DNA of 64,000 nucleotides from an uncultured Pseudomonadota bacterium (GCA_963749075.1 CAVVLJ010000021.1:224001-288000), one strand, 5' to 3'; positions 20,261 through 29,781 are shown, counted from the first letter of the stretch. Program-made: numbers and translations. The notes: generated by a model from the sequence alone, not told the origin.

Positions 20261-23040
20261 AGCTCGGGCCTCCAGCTCAGACTGAGGGTCAGCGTCAGGC
20301 TGTCCACGCGCTGGCCGTCGTAAGTCTGGCTGCCGAGCTCGAAGCCGGCGGCGATCTCGAAGGCCTCGCTCAGCTTGAGCCGGTGGCGATAGGCGAGCGT
20401 GGCGGCGGGGCTGGTGCCGAAGCGCTCCTCCCAATAGCCGCCGGCGCTGAGCGAGAGCTCGTGCTGCCAGCTCAGCTCATAGCGGCGGTAGAGCACCTGG
20501 ACCGCCTCGAAGCCGAGCACCGGCAAGAGGTCGTGGCGCGGGCTGTAATAGCTCGTGTTGGAGCGCGTGCTGGCCGAGGTGGCGAGCTCGGCGGTGCCGT
20601 CGAGGCTAAGGTGCGGCTCGCTCCACAGCCGCTCGCTATAGTGCCCGTCGAGGGACGGCCGCAGGTTGCCGTCGGAAAAGCCCATGACGGCGGCGGTCAG
20701 GCTGGCCGCGCGGGATTCGCTCTCGCGCCAGGTGAGCGTGCCGCTGCCCTCGTCGGCCGTGACCCCCGCCTTGAGCGCCGGCAAGGGCGTGTCCTTGGCG
20801 AAGAGCTCGCCCTTGCCGTCTAGGTGCCACTGGTCGTCGAGCGCCCAGGCGGCGCTGAGTGCTGCACCCGGCTTGTCGCTGCCATAGCTGTTGAGGCTGG
20901 CCTCGGCCGCGGCGGTGAGCGGACCGGAGCGCCACTCGAGGCCGGCCGCGTGGCGGAAATAGTTTTCCTCGCCGGCCGCGGTCTCCTGCTCGGCGATGTA
21001 TTCGCCGGCAAAGGCGCGCCATTGGTAGAGGATCGGCGCCGAGAAGAGGTGCCCATCGAAGGCGACGCCATTGCCGCCCGCCACGCTGGTCGCCGATTCG
21101 AAGGTCTTGCCGAGCGAGATGGTGAGCTCGGGGCGCTCATGGATGTCCCAGGCCTCGGCGAGACGCTGGGCGTCGCGGCGCTCGGGGTAGCGCCGCATCA
21201 AGTCCGAGGCCTCCGCCGCGGCGCGCTCGTAGTCCTGAAGCGCCAGCGCATTGCTCCCCTCGTCGGCGGCGAGCGCCGGATCGTTGGGCGCGAGTGCGGC
21301 GGCTACGTCGTATTCCTCCTGCGCCTTGCCCGGCCAGCCGCGCGCGCGGTAGACGCTGGCCAGGCTCATGAGAAAGGCCGGGTTGGCGGGGGCGGCGTCC
21401 ACCAGCGCCTCGGTCATCGCCTCGGCCCGCGGCAGCTCGTCCGCGTAGAGCCGCGCGGAGGCGGCGGCGAGGTCGGCCGTCTCGCGCGCCGGATTGGGCA
21501 GCGGGTTGACCCCGCCCTTGAGCCACAGCCACTTGCTCTGAGCCGCGTCGAGCTTATCGATGAGGGCGACCGCCTTGTCGAGCTCCTCGAGCTCGACGAG
21601 GGAATAGAAGAGCCCGAGCGAGGGAGTGAAGCTGCCGCCCTCGCGCTCGAGCGCGCGTTCGTAGAGCGCACGCGCCTGCTCGGGCTCGCGCAGATAGAGA
21701 TAGGCGTCGGCCGCGGCCTCGAGCGCATAGGGCGGGAGGTCCACCTTCTCTGCGCTGAGCCCCTCGTACTCGCGCACGAGATCCGCCATGCGCGCGCGGT
21801 CGCGATAGGCGATCATGCGGTCGAGGCGCGCGCGCATGAGATCGTCCTTGGCCGCATCGCCTGCGGCCGCGAAGTGCGCGATGAGCGCGTCGAGCCGTGC
21901 GATCGCCGCATCGGTCACGGCGAAGCGCTTCGCCTCGGATTCCGGCTCGAGCGAGCCGAAGCGCACAAGCTCGGCGGCATCGCTGCCCTCGAGGCGGTGC
22001 TGCTCCTCGTCCGTGACGAGGCCGGGCGACGCTTCCGCCAGCGCGAGCGCCTGGTGCGGGGCGCCCATGCGCTCGATCGCGAGGATGCGCGCCCGCGCAG
22101 CCTCCTTGTCCTGAGGTGCCAGCTCGAGCGCCTGGTCGTAGCGGCGCAGCGCCTCGACGGGCTGGTCGAGCGCCATGGCCGCATAGCCCGCCGCCATGAG
22201 AACTGGCAGCGTGCGGCGCCGCTGGAGCGCCGCGTCCGCCTGCGAGAGCGCTGTCACCGCGTCGCCCATGTCGGTGAGCACGAGTATCTCGCCCGCCGCG
22301 AAGTCCGGCTCGCCGGGAAAGCGGCGGCGGCCTTCGGCGTAGATCTTGAGCGCTTGCGGCCAGCGCTTGAGATCGCGGTAGGCGCGCCCTGCCGCGGACA
22401 GCACGTAGGCCGGCTGCCCTGGCGGCAGCCGCGCAAAGAGTGCTGCGGCCTCGGCTTGGCGGCCGGCCCAGGCGAGGACCGCGAGCTCGTCGCGGATGAC
22501 GGCGAGATTGCCGGGCTCCTTTTCCGCGAGCGCCGTCAGGATGGCGAGCGCCTGAGCGTTATCGCCGGTGCGCGCGAGCTTGACCGCGAGCTCGTGCGCC
22601 GCCTCGTCGCCGCTCGGGGGAGTTGCCGTTTCCACGGCGGCGCGCAGGGGAGCCGCCGCCCTGCTGCGGACTGCGCTTCCGGGCGCTTGCGCCGGCGGCG
22701 GAGCCGCGGCTTCGGCGGTCCTGGCGAGGGGCGCCGGCGCGGCCCCGGGCTCAGGCACCTGGCTCGTCGGCTTCCGGCTCATGTCTTGCGCCTTGGTGGC
22801 CCGCTCCGCAGCACTCTCGTCCTCCCCGGCGTCCTCCCCGGCGTCTTTTCCAGCGTTGCCTCCGGCAGCGGCAGAGTCGGCCGCGGGCGGTCCCCTGCAG
22901 ACGGGAAATTCCTCGGGAGGAGGCGCCTCGCCGTGCGGCGCGCTCGCGCGCCGGGCCCAATAGAGGGCGGCGACCGCGGTGGCGCCGAAGATCAAGGCGG
23001 CCATGCAGGTCAGTGCGATATGGCGCCTGTGGCCTGCCAT
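20257..23040 (-). CDS. pgaA: PNAG export porin PgaA (TPR plus beta-barrel)
   Basis: TPR-like helical repeats, 'ARLDRMIAYRDR', 'RARGWP', C-terminal barrel 'TPLPALKAGVTA', 'FSDGNLR', 'YYSP'; first gene of pgaABCD. Confidence 0.88.
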   Translation of the reverse strand: MAGHRRHIALTCMAALIFGATAVAALYWARRASAPHGEAPPPEEFPVCRGPPAADSAAAGGNAGKDAGEDAGEDESAAERATKAQDMSRKPTSQVPEPGAAPAPLARTAEAAAPPPAQAPGSAVRSRAAAPLRAAVETATPPSGDEAAHELAVKLARTGDNAQALAILTALAEKEPGNLAVIRDELAVLAWAGRQAEAAALFARLPPGQPAYVLSAAGRAYRDLKRWPQALKIYAEGRRRFPGEPDFAAGEILVLTDMGDAVTALSQADAALQRRRTLPVLMAAGYAAMALDQPVEALRRYDQALELAPQDKEAARARILAIERMGAPHQALALAEASPGLVTDEEQHRLEGSDAAELVRFGSLEPESEAKRFAVTDAAIARLDALIAHFAAAGDAAKDDLMRARLDRMIAYRDRARMADLVREYEGLSAEKVDLPPYALEAAADAYLYLREPEQARALYERALEREGGSFTPSLGLFYSLVELEELDKAVALIDKLDAAQSKWLWLKGGVNPLPNPARETADLAAASARLYADELPRAEAMTEALVDAAPANPAFLMSLASVYRARGWPGKAQEEYDVAAALAPNDPALAADEGSNALALQDYERAAAEASDLMRRYPERRDAQRLAEAWDIHERPELTISLGKTFESATSVAGGNGVAFDGHLFSAPILYQWRAFAGEYIAEQETAAGEENYFRHAAGLEWRSGPLTAAAEASLNSYGSDKPGAALSAAWALDDQWHLDGKGELFAKDTPLPALKAGVTADEGSGTLTWRESESRAASLTAAVMGFSDGNLRPSLDGHYSERLWSEPHLSLDGTAELATSASTRSNTSYYSPRHDLLPVLGFEAVQVLYRRYELSWQHELSLSAGGYWEERFGTSPAATLAYRHRLKLSEAFEIAAGFELGSQTYDGQRVDSLTLTLSLSWRPEL

Positions 23041-23419
23041 CGCCAAGCGCCCCGGATCGCCAGATCGGCCACGGCCCCGCCCTCCATGCCGCCTTCATCG
23101 ACGGTTCCCGCGCCCGCCGCGCAGCAACGCCCGCACGTGCCGTCCGCACTCGGCGGCACGACATGGTCCTCTGCAATCTGGGATAGTCTGCTGCCCGCTT
23201 CCCTTCAGGGATTATTGTGGGCGGAAAATGCCATGGTCTTGGCAGGACTCGCAAGTGCAATAGTCCAAGCCCGACAAAGCTTCGCGCGGCTTGCCAAGGC
23301 TAAAGCCGTGCGCCTTCTTCCCCGCGGCCGTGCCGGGACGGGGTGCAGCAAGCGTACCATCGTATTGGATGCGCAGAGCGGCGGCACGGCACCTATGCCA
23401 CCGTGAAGCGAGCCGGCGG

Positions 23420-23845
23420 CTACGCCGCTTCTCCCAATAGCAAGATGCGATCGGCGTAGGTCCCTTGTCGGCGCACGGCGCCGGCAAAGATGTGATCGGC
23501 GGTGAGAAACTTGGCGTCTTCGGCAATGGCCAAGGCCAGATAGAGGCAGTCGGCGACGGCATGCCGGAGCTCCAGCGCCAACTCGAGTGCTGCCATGGCC
23601 AGCTCGCCATCCTCGGCGACGAGCGACAGGGGGAGCGTCAGGATGTCCTGGAAGGCTTGGCGCGCCTCGCCCGGGGAGAGCTCGCCCAGTGCTACCTTCC
23701 TTCTCAGCGCGTTGGCCGTCTCGACGAGAATGAAGGCGGGTGCGGCAAGTGCCCCGGCTCCCGCGGCCGCGGCGGAGGCCGCCTCGCTCCCAGACTCTTC
23801 GATCGCCAGCTTGACCGCCACCGAGGCGTCGAGCACCAGGCTCAA
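23420..23845 (-). CDS. Type II TA toxin, VapC/FitB-like PIN domain
   Basis: TTG start overlapping the antitoxin stop; PIN motifs 'VLDASVAVK', 'ETANAL', 'DCLYLALA', 'LTAD'. Confidence 0.88.
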   Translation of the reverse strand: MSLVLDASVAVKLAIEESGSEAASAAAAGAGALAAPAFILVETANALRRKVALGELSPGEARQAFQDILTLPLSLVAEDGELAMAALELALELRHAVADCLYLALAIAEDAKFLTADHIFAGAVRRQGTYADRILLLGEAA

Positions 23846-24081
23846 CGGTCGCGCTCCTCGCGGATGAGGAGCGTGCTGTCGCTTTGCGCGGCACCGCCGC
23901 CGCGCAGCTTGGCCCGGCTGCGCAGCCGCGCCCAATAGTCGCCGCTCGCGGCCGCCATGCCGACCGCGGCGAGCAGAAGCTGACGCGCCTCCTCCTCCAT
24001 GCTACGGCCATGCTGGGCGGCGCGGATGCGCAGCCGCCGTATGGTCTCGTCGTCGAGGCGGCGGATGTTCAGGTTCGCCAT
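23842..24081 (-). CDS. FitA-like ribbon-helix-helix antitoxin
   Basis: 'MANLNIRRLDDETIRRLRIRAAQHGRSMEEEARQLL' is the typical FitA/StbC RHH pattern. Confidence 0.9.
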   Translation of the reverse strand: MANLNIRRLDDETIRRLRIRAAQHGRSMEEEARQLLLAAVGMAAASGDYWARLRSRAKLRGGGAAQSDSTLLIREERDR

Positions 24082-24107
24082 GGCACGGCGCTCCGTCGCA
24101 GCACTCT

Positions 24108-24137
24108 ATGCGTATTCATTGTATTCAATGAAGGCAT
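24108..24137. promoter_or_regulatory. Palindromic operator upstream of the TA operon
   Basis: TTCATTG-TATT-CAATGAA (24115-24132) with outer ATGC/GCAT, in an AT-rich patch about 35-50 bp upstream of the antitoxin start. Confidence 0.55.
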
Positions 24138-24158
24138 ATAGCCGGCTTCGGTCGGCCG

Positions 24159-25283
24159 TCACAAGCCCAAAATGGCGAGCTGGCGGGCGATGACCTTGCC
24201 CTCGTCGTAGAGCTCGAGCGCGCGCGCTCGGCCGGCAGCGCCCTGGCGCGCGCGGAGCGCCGGGTCGGCGGCGAGCCGCCTCAAGGCCGCGGCAAGCGCC
24301 ATAGCATTGCCCACGGGGACGAGGGCGCCGGTCTCGCCGGGCACCACCTCCTCGCGAGCACCTCGGATGTCGGTGGCGACCACCGGCAGCCCCGTCATCA
24401 TGGCCTCGATGATCGAGCGCGGCATGCCCTCGCGGTGGGAGGGCAGCGTGAAGATGTCGGCGGCGCGCATGAGCCGGGGCACGTCGTCGCGGTAGCCGAG
24501 AAGGCGGATGCGTGGCGCCAGCACGGCATCGCGCCGCACTGCCTCGAGCGCCTGGTCGATGGCCGAGGCATGGTCGCTCGGCAGGCGCTCGCCCACGACC
24601 CAGAGGGTGGCATCCACCTCGCGCATCGCGGCAAAGAGCTCGGGATAGCCCTTCTCGGCCACGAGGCGGCCGACCATGAGGATGACGACGGCGCTCTCCG
24701 GCACCTCGAGTGCTGCGCGCACGGCCATGCGCTCGCCCGGCTCGCTTGGCGGATGGAAGCGCTTGGGATCGACGCCGTTGCCGATCGCGAGGACGACGCC
24801 GCCGGCCGAGAGATGGTAGCGCCGGGCCGCTGCGGCATCCTCCGCCGACTGGGTGAAGACCACGTCGGTGAGGCGGCCCGCGAGCCACTCGAGGAGGATG
24901 AAGAACGCCCGCCGCCACGCCGGCATGCCATCGTGGAAATAGAAGCCGTGCGCGGTATAGACGATTCTCGGCACGCCCGCGCGCCAGGCGGCAAAGCGGC
25001 CGATGAGGGCGGCGACCGGCGTGTGCACATGGACGATGTCGAAGCGTTCGCGGCGGAAGAGGGCTACGAGGCGCCGGTAGCTCGCGAGGTGCTTGCGGAG
25101 ATCGAAGCTGCGCGCGATCTCGACCGCCTCGACCCTGAGGCCCAAGGCGCGCACCTTGTCGAGGAGCGGGCCGCCGGAGGCGACGCCGACCACCTCGTGC
25201 CCGGCCTCCTCGAGCGCGAGCATGAGGGGGGCTATGAAGTGGTAGAGGGTGAAATCGACGGCGCAGAGCTCGCAGATCTTCAT
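24159..25283 (-). CDS. Glycosyltransferase family 4
   Basis: 'HVHTPVA', 'YTAHGFYF', 'GNGVD', 'GRLVAEKG', 'EGMPRSIIEAM'. Confidence 0.92.
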   Translation of the reverse strand: MKICELCAVDFTLYHFIAPLMLALEEAGHEVVGVASGGPLLDKVRALGLRVEAVEIARSFDLRKHLASYRRLVALFRRERFDIVHVHTPVAALIGRFAAWRAGVPRIVYTAHGFYFHDGMPAWRRAFFILLEWLAGRLTDVVFTQSAEDAAAARRYHLSAGGVVLAIGNGVDPKRFHPPSEPGERMAVRAALEVPESAVVILMVGRLVAEKGYPELFAAMREVDATLWVVGERLPSDHASAIDQALEAVRRDAVLAPRIRLLGYRDDVPRLMRAADIFTLPSHREGMPRSIIEAMMTGLPVVATDIRGAREEVVPGETGALVPVGNAMALAAALRRLAADPALRARQGAAGRARALELYDEGKVIARQLAILGL

Positions 25284-25294
25284 GCCGCCCACCT

Positions 25295-27181
25295 TCACGC
25301 CGCCTGGCGCCGCTCCCACCACGCTTGGAAGGCGATGAGGGTCCAGAGCTGGGCCGAGCTGTCGCGCCGGCCGCTTGCGAGCTCGCGCACCCAGCGCTGC
25401 GGCAGCTCGGGCCGGAAGAGCCCTTGGCGGGCGAGGCGGACGGGGTCGGTGGCGCTGCGCACGAGGTCGCCGAGCTCGCCCTTGAGCCACTCCGCGATGG
25501 GGATCTCGAAGCCTTTCTTGGGCCGCGTCATGACCTCGGCGGGTAGCCGGCCGGCGAAGGCCTTGCGCAGGATGCGCTTGCCCGCGCCGGGTGCCAGCTT
25601 GAAGCGGCCCGGCATCGCCGCCGCGCACTCGACGACCCGGTGATCGAGGAAGGGGCAGCGCATCTCGAGGCTTGCGGCCATGCTCATGCGGTCGGCCTTG
25701 ACCAGCATGTCGCCCACCAGGCCGAGGCCGAGATCGGCATCGAGCATGGCGTTGAGCGGGTCGCCGTCGCGGGCCGACGTGCGCAGGCCGCCCACGAGCT
25801 CCTCGACCGTGGGGGCCGCCGCCGGCTCGGCGAAGAGGCCGTCGAGCTCGCCCTCCTCGAGATTGCGCGCCCAGCCGGCCTGGCGCGCTGCTGCCTCCTT
25901 CCAGCCATGGGCGGAGAAGCGGCGCAGCCGCCGCGCCCGCTCGTAGAGCGGCCGGCTCTTGTCCTCGGGCAGCAGGGTGAGCGGCGCCAGCGCCGCGCGC
26001 TTGAGCCACGCCGGGAGACAGCCGAAGCGGGCGGCCAGGAGCTCGCCCTGGTATTTGCGGTAGCCGCCGAAGAGCTCGTCCGAGCCGTCGCCCGAGAGCG
26101 CTACGGTGACGTGCCGCCGCGTCTCCCGTGCCACGAGATACTGCGGGATCGCCGAGCTGTCGGCGAAGGGCTCGTCGAGCCCGTCCCACACCTTAGGGAG
26201 CGCCTTGAGCGTCTCCTCGGGCGTGACCTCGATCTCCTCGTGGGCGGTGCCGAAATGCTCGGCCACAAGGCGCGCCGCCGGGCGCTCCTCGTAATAGTCG
26301 GCGGCACCCGCGAAGCCGACGGTAAAGGTGCGCACGCGCTCGGCGTGCGCCGCCATCAGGCTCACCACGATCGCCGAATCGAGGCCGCCCGAGAGAAAGG
26401 CGCCGAGCGGCACGTCTGCCACGAGGCGCATCTTGACCGCCTCGTCGAGGCGCTCGCGGAGCGCCTCGGCCGCCTCCTCCTCGCACGCGAAGGGCCGCGG
26501 CCGCGAGGCGGCGAGGTCGTAGAAGCGCTCGATCTTGAGGCCCGCGCGGGAGAAGCGCGCGAAGTGCCCGGCCGGCAGCTTGCTAACGCCGGCGCTGATC
26601 GACCACGGCTCGGGCACGTAGCGCAGCGCGAAATAGAGCCGCAGGGCCGTGCGGTCGAGCGTGCCGGCGCTGCCTGCGAGGCATTCGAGTGCCACGAGCT
26701 CGGAAGCGAAGTCGAGGGTGCCGCCTTCATGGCGGTATAGGAGCGGTTTCTTCCCGAAGCGGTCGCGCGCGAGCACGAGCTCGCCCGCCGCCTGATCCCA
26801 GATGGCGAAGGCGAACATGCCCTGGAGCCTGGGCAGGAGGGCGCTCCCCCATTCGCGCCAGCCCTCGAGCAGCACCTCGGTGTCGGAATGGCCGACGAAC
26901 TGGTGGCCGAGCCCCTGGAGCTCCTCGCGCAAGGCGGGGTAGTTGTAGATGCAGCCGTTGTAGCTGATGACGAGGCCAGCGCGCGCCATGGGCTGGGCGC
27001 CCGCGGGCGAGAGGTCGACGATGGCGAGACGTGCTGCACCGAGCGCGCAACGCTCGTCGAGGAAGCGCCCTTGCTGGTCCGGCCCGCGCGGATAGAGCCG
27101 CGCGATCGCCGCCTCGAGCCGTGGCGCGAGCGTGGTGCGATCGATGCCGCCGAGCGCCGCCCTGCCGACGATGCCGCACAT
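25295..27181 (-). CDS. asnB: Asparagine synthase (glutamine-hydrolysing) family amidotransferase
   Basis: N-terminal 'MCGI', 'RGPD', 'RDRFGKKPL', 'FLSGGLDS', 'LSGDGSDELFGGY', 'PFLDH', 'RPKKGF'. Confidence 0.93.
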   Translation of the reverse strand: MCGIVGRAALGGIDRTTLAPRLEAAIARLYPRGPDQQGRFLDERCALGAARLAIVDLSPAGAQPMARAGLVISYNGCIYNYPALREELQGLGHQFVGHSDTEVLLEGWREWGSALLPRLQGMFAFAIWDQAAGELVLARDRFGKKPLLYRHEGGTLDFASELVALECLAGSAGTLDRTALRLYFALRYVPEPWSISAGVSKLPAGHFARFSRAGLKIERFYDLAASRPRPFACEEEAAEALRERLDEAVKMRLVADVPLGAFLSGGLDSAIVVSLMAAHAERVRTFTVGFAGAADYYEERPAARLVAEHFGTAHEEIEVTPEETLKALPKVWDGLDEPFADSSAIPQYLVARETRRHVTVALSGDGSDELFGGYRKYQGELLAARFGCLPAWLKRAALAPLTLLPEDKSRPLYERARRLRRFSAHGWKEAAARQAGWARNLEEGELDGLFAEPAAAPTVEELVGGLRTSARDGDPLNAMLDADLGLGLVGDMLVKADRMSMAASLEMRCPFLDHRVVECAAAMPGRFKLAPGAGKRILRKAFAGRLPAEVMTRPKKGFEIPIAEWLKGELGDLVRSATDPVRLARQGLFRPELPQRWVRELASGRRDSSAQLWTLIAFQAWWERRQAA

Positions 27182-27249
27182 GCCGCCCTGCCGCTCCCTT
27201 ATGCGCTGCCGAGACGCTATTATCACAACCTCTGGAGCGGGGGGAAAGA

Positions 27250-28695
27250 ATGAGCGACCCGTGGGCAGGCGCCTCCGCGCGCAAGCAGGCGATCCGCGCG
27301 CGGGCGGACCGCCAGGCGGACGAGCGCCTCGCCTGGATGGCGCGCAACGCCTATTACTACGCGGAGGACCACCGCTATCTGCGCTTCCTCGTGCCAGCGG
27401 GGCTCAAGGTGCTCGAGCTCGGCTGCGGGGTCGGCGATAGCCTGGCGGCCCTCAGGCCCTCGCGCGGGGTGGGCATCGATTTCAGCGAGGCGGTGCTGCG
27501 TCTGGCGCGGGCGCGCCATCCGGAATTCGAGTACCGCCTCGGCGACGTGGAGGATCCGGCGACGCTCGAGGGCCTGGGCGGGCCCTTCGACGTCATCCTC
27601 CTCTCCGACACCATCGGCGAGCTCGAGGATTGCCAGGCGACGCTCGCCAGCCTGCGCCGCCTGGCTGCGCGCGACACCCGCATCGTCGTCTCCTACCACT
27701 CGACCATGTGGGAGCCGGTCCTCAAGCTCGGCGAATGGATCGGCCAGAAGATGCCTCAGGAGCGGCAGAACTGGCTCGCGACCGAGGACATCATGGCGCT
27801 CCTCGAGCTCGCCGGCTTCGAGGTGGTGAAGCGCGAGTGGCGCCAGCTCCTGCCCAAGCGCCTGCTGGGCCTCGGTCCACTCGTCAACCGCTACTTAGCA
27901 CCGCTGCCGCTCATCCGCCGCCTCGCCTTGCGCCACTACGTGGTGGCGCGGCCGCGGCCCAAGGAGCCGCTCGGCGATCTCTCGGCCAGCGTGCTCATCC
28001 CCTGCAAGAACGAGCGCGGCAACATCGAGCCCGCGGTCCGGCGCCTGCCGAGCTTCGCCAGCGAGCTCGAGATCCTCTTCGTCGAGGGCGGCAGCGGGGA
28101 CGGCACCAGGGAAGAGATCGAGCGCGTCATCTCAGCATATCCCGAGCGCCGCATGCGCCTCTTGACCCAGGACGGCAAGGGCAAGGGCGACGCGGTGCGC
28201 AAGGGCTTCGCCGCGGCCGCGGGCGAGGTGCTCATCATCCTCGATGCGGACCTCAGCGTGCCGCCGGAATGGATCCCGCGCTTCTACGAGGAGATCCGCT
28301 CGGGCCGCGGCGAGTTCGTCAACGGCTCGCGCCTCGTCTATCCGATGGAGGACGAGGCGATGCGCTTCCTCAACCTCGTCGCCAACCGGGTGTTCTCCTG
28401 GCTCTTCAGCTGGCTCTTGAACCAGCGTTTCACCGACACGCTCTGCGGCACCAAGGCGCTCGCGAAGCGCCATTACGAGCGCATCGTCGCCAGTCGCGCC
28501 TATTTCGGCGACTTTGATCCCTTCGGCGACTTCGACCTCATCTTCGGCGCCGCCAAGCTCAACCTCAAGGTCGTCGAGGTTCCCGTGCGCTACGCGAGGA
28601 GGCGCTACGGCGAGACGCAGATCGCGCGTTTCCGCCACGGCTGGCTGCTGCTCCGCATGGTGCTCTTCGCCTTCCGCAAGCTGAAGGCGTTCTGA
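27250..28695 (+). CDS. Class I SAM methyltransferase fused to a GT2 glycosyltransferase
   Basis: 'VLELGCGVG' SAM motif; GT2 motifs 'IPCKNE', 'EGGSGDGT', 'GKGDAVRKGF', 'DADL', 'DTLCGTK'. Confidence 0.9.
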   Translation: MSDPWAGASARKQAIRARADRQADERLAWMARNAYYYAEDHRYLRFLVPAGLKVLELGCGVGDSLAALRPSRGVGIDFSEAVLRLARARHPEFEYRLGDVEDPATLEGLGGPFDVILLSDTIGELEDCQATLASLRRLAARDTRIVVSYHSTMWEPVLKLGEWIGQKMPQERQNWLATEDIMALLELAGFEVVKREWRQLLPKRLLGLGPLVNRYLAPLPLIRRLALRHYVVARPRPKEPLGDLSASVLIPCKNERGNIEPAVRRLPSFASELEILFVEGGSGDGTREEIERVISAYPERRMRLLTQDGKGKGDAVRKGFAAAAGEVLIILDADLSVPPEWIPRFYEEIRSGRGEFVNGSRLVYPMEDEAMRFLNLVANRVFSWLFSWLLNQRFTDTLCGTKALAKRHYERIVASRAYFGDFDPFGDFDLIFGAAKLNLKVVEVPVRYARRRYGETQIARFRHGWLLLRMVLFAFRKLKAF

Positions 28696-28714
28696 GGCCG
28701 ACCGCCGCTCCGAT

Positions 28715-28797
28715 CGTCATTCCCGCGAAAGCGGCAATCCATCGGCTCTGGACCCCCGCTCCCCGCCTTCGCGGGGACAAGCTTCGCGGGGGTGACG
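28715..28797. repeat. CGTC-tagged REP-like palindrome pair with a nested 23-bp hairpin insertion
   Basis: Begins CGTCATTCCCGCGAAAGCGGCAATCC and ends CCCCCGCT...TCGCGGGGGTGACG; inner hairpin CCCCGCCTTCGCGGGG. Confidence 0.75.
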
Positions 28798-28954
28798 GGA
28801 GAGATGGTTCCGCGTAAACGAGACATGCGAGCGACAGCGCTGCCCAATCGTTGGGCAATCCGAAAGCCACCCGCATGAGGCTTGGCAAAAGGCTTCGCTT
28901 GACACGCGCGGCCCGATCATCCGTATCATGTCCGAGGCTGCGGAGGCCGGTCGC

Positions 28955-29776
28955 ATGCGGGAGAACGACGCTGTCAGCAAGGCAAGGCGCGCGCCCGTGC
29001 TGCACTCCTGGTTCCATTCCTGGCGCTGGCTCGGGGCACTTTCCGTGCTCGGCGTTCTCGCCGTCTGGTATCTCCTGACCGAGCTCGCTCTGGTGCCCGC
29101 GGTGCTGCTGCCCGGCCCCGGCCTGGTCCTTGCCACCTTCATCGACATCGTGCAGCACGGCTACCGCGACACCACGCTGTGGCAGAACAGCGCTGCCACC
29201 CTGTGGCGCTGCGGCGCCGGTTTCGTGCTCGCCTGCCTGACGGGCGTGCCCCTCGGCCTCGCCATGGGGCAGAATGCGACGGTGCGCGCGGCTTGCGATT
29301 ACATCGTGCAATTCATGCGGCCGCTGCCGCCGCTCTCCTATCTCATCCTCCTCATCCTCTGGCTCGGCACGGGAGACGCGTCCAAGATCGCCCTCCTCTA
29401 TCTCACCGCCTTTCCCATCGTGGCCTCGAGCGCCATGGCGGGCGTGCGGGCGGCGAAGCTGCAGCGCATCCAGGCAGCGAAGGCGCTTGGTGCCTCGGAC
29501 TGGCACGTCTTCCGCCACGTCATCTTCCCCTCGGCGCTGCCGCTCATCTTCACGGGCGCCAGGATCGCCCTTGCCGCCGCCTTCTCGACCGTGGTCGCGG
29601 CCGAGCTCATGGCGGCGACCGACGGGCTCGGCTGGATGGTCTTCTCGGCAAGCCGCTTCCTGCGCAACGACATCATCATCATCGGCATCATCCTCCTGGG
29701 CGTCATCGGCATGGCGCTCAACAGGCTCATGCTGCTGGTGGACGGCGCGGTCGTCCACTGGCGCGGCGTGGAGTGA
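28955..29776 (+). CDS. Taurine/sulfonate-type ABC permease (TauC/SsuC-like)
   Basis: 'RPLPPL', 'AAKALGAS', 'VAAELM', 'GLGWM'; GGAGG SD before ATG 28955. Confidence 0.9.
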   Translation: MRENDAVSKARRAPVLHSWFHSWRWLGALSVLGVLAVWYLLTELALVPAVLLPGPGLVLATFIDIVQHGYRDTTLWQNSAATLWRCGAGFVLACLTGVPLGLAMGQNATVRAACDYIVQFMRPLPPLSYLILLILWLGTGDASKIALLYLTAFPIVASSAMAGVRAAKLQRIQAAKALGASDWHVFRHVIFPSALPLIFTGARIALAAAFSTVVAAELMAATDGLGWMVFSASRFLRNDIIIIGIILLGVIGMALNRLMLLVDGAVVHWRGVE

Positions 29777-29781
29777 GCGCC

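Noticed and set aside
28882-28929. sigma54 or sigma70 promoter for the Tau-like operon
   Set aside because: The GG-to-GC spacing is 11 rather than 10 for sigma54, and TTGACA-TATCAT are 19 bp apart; neither is convincing.
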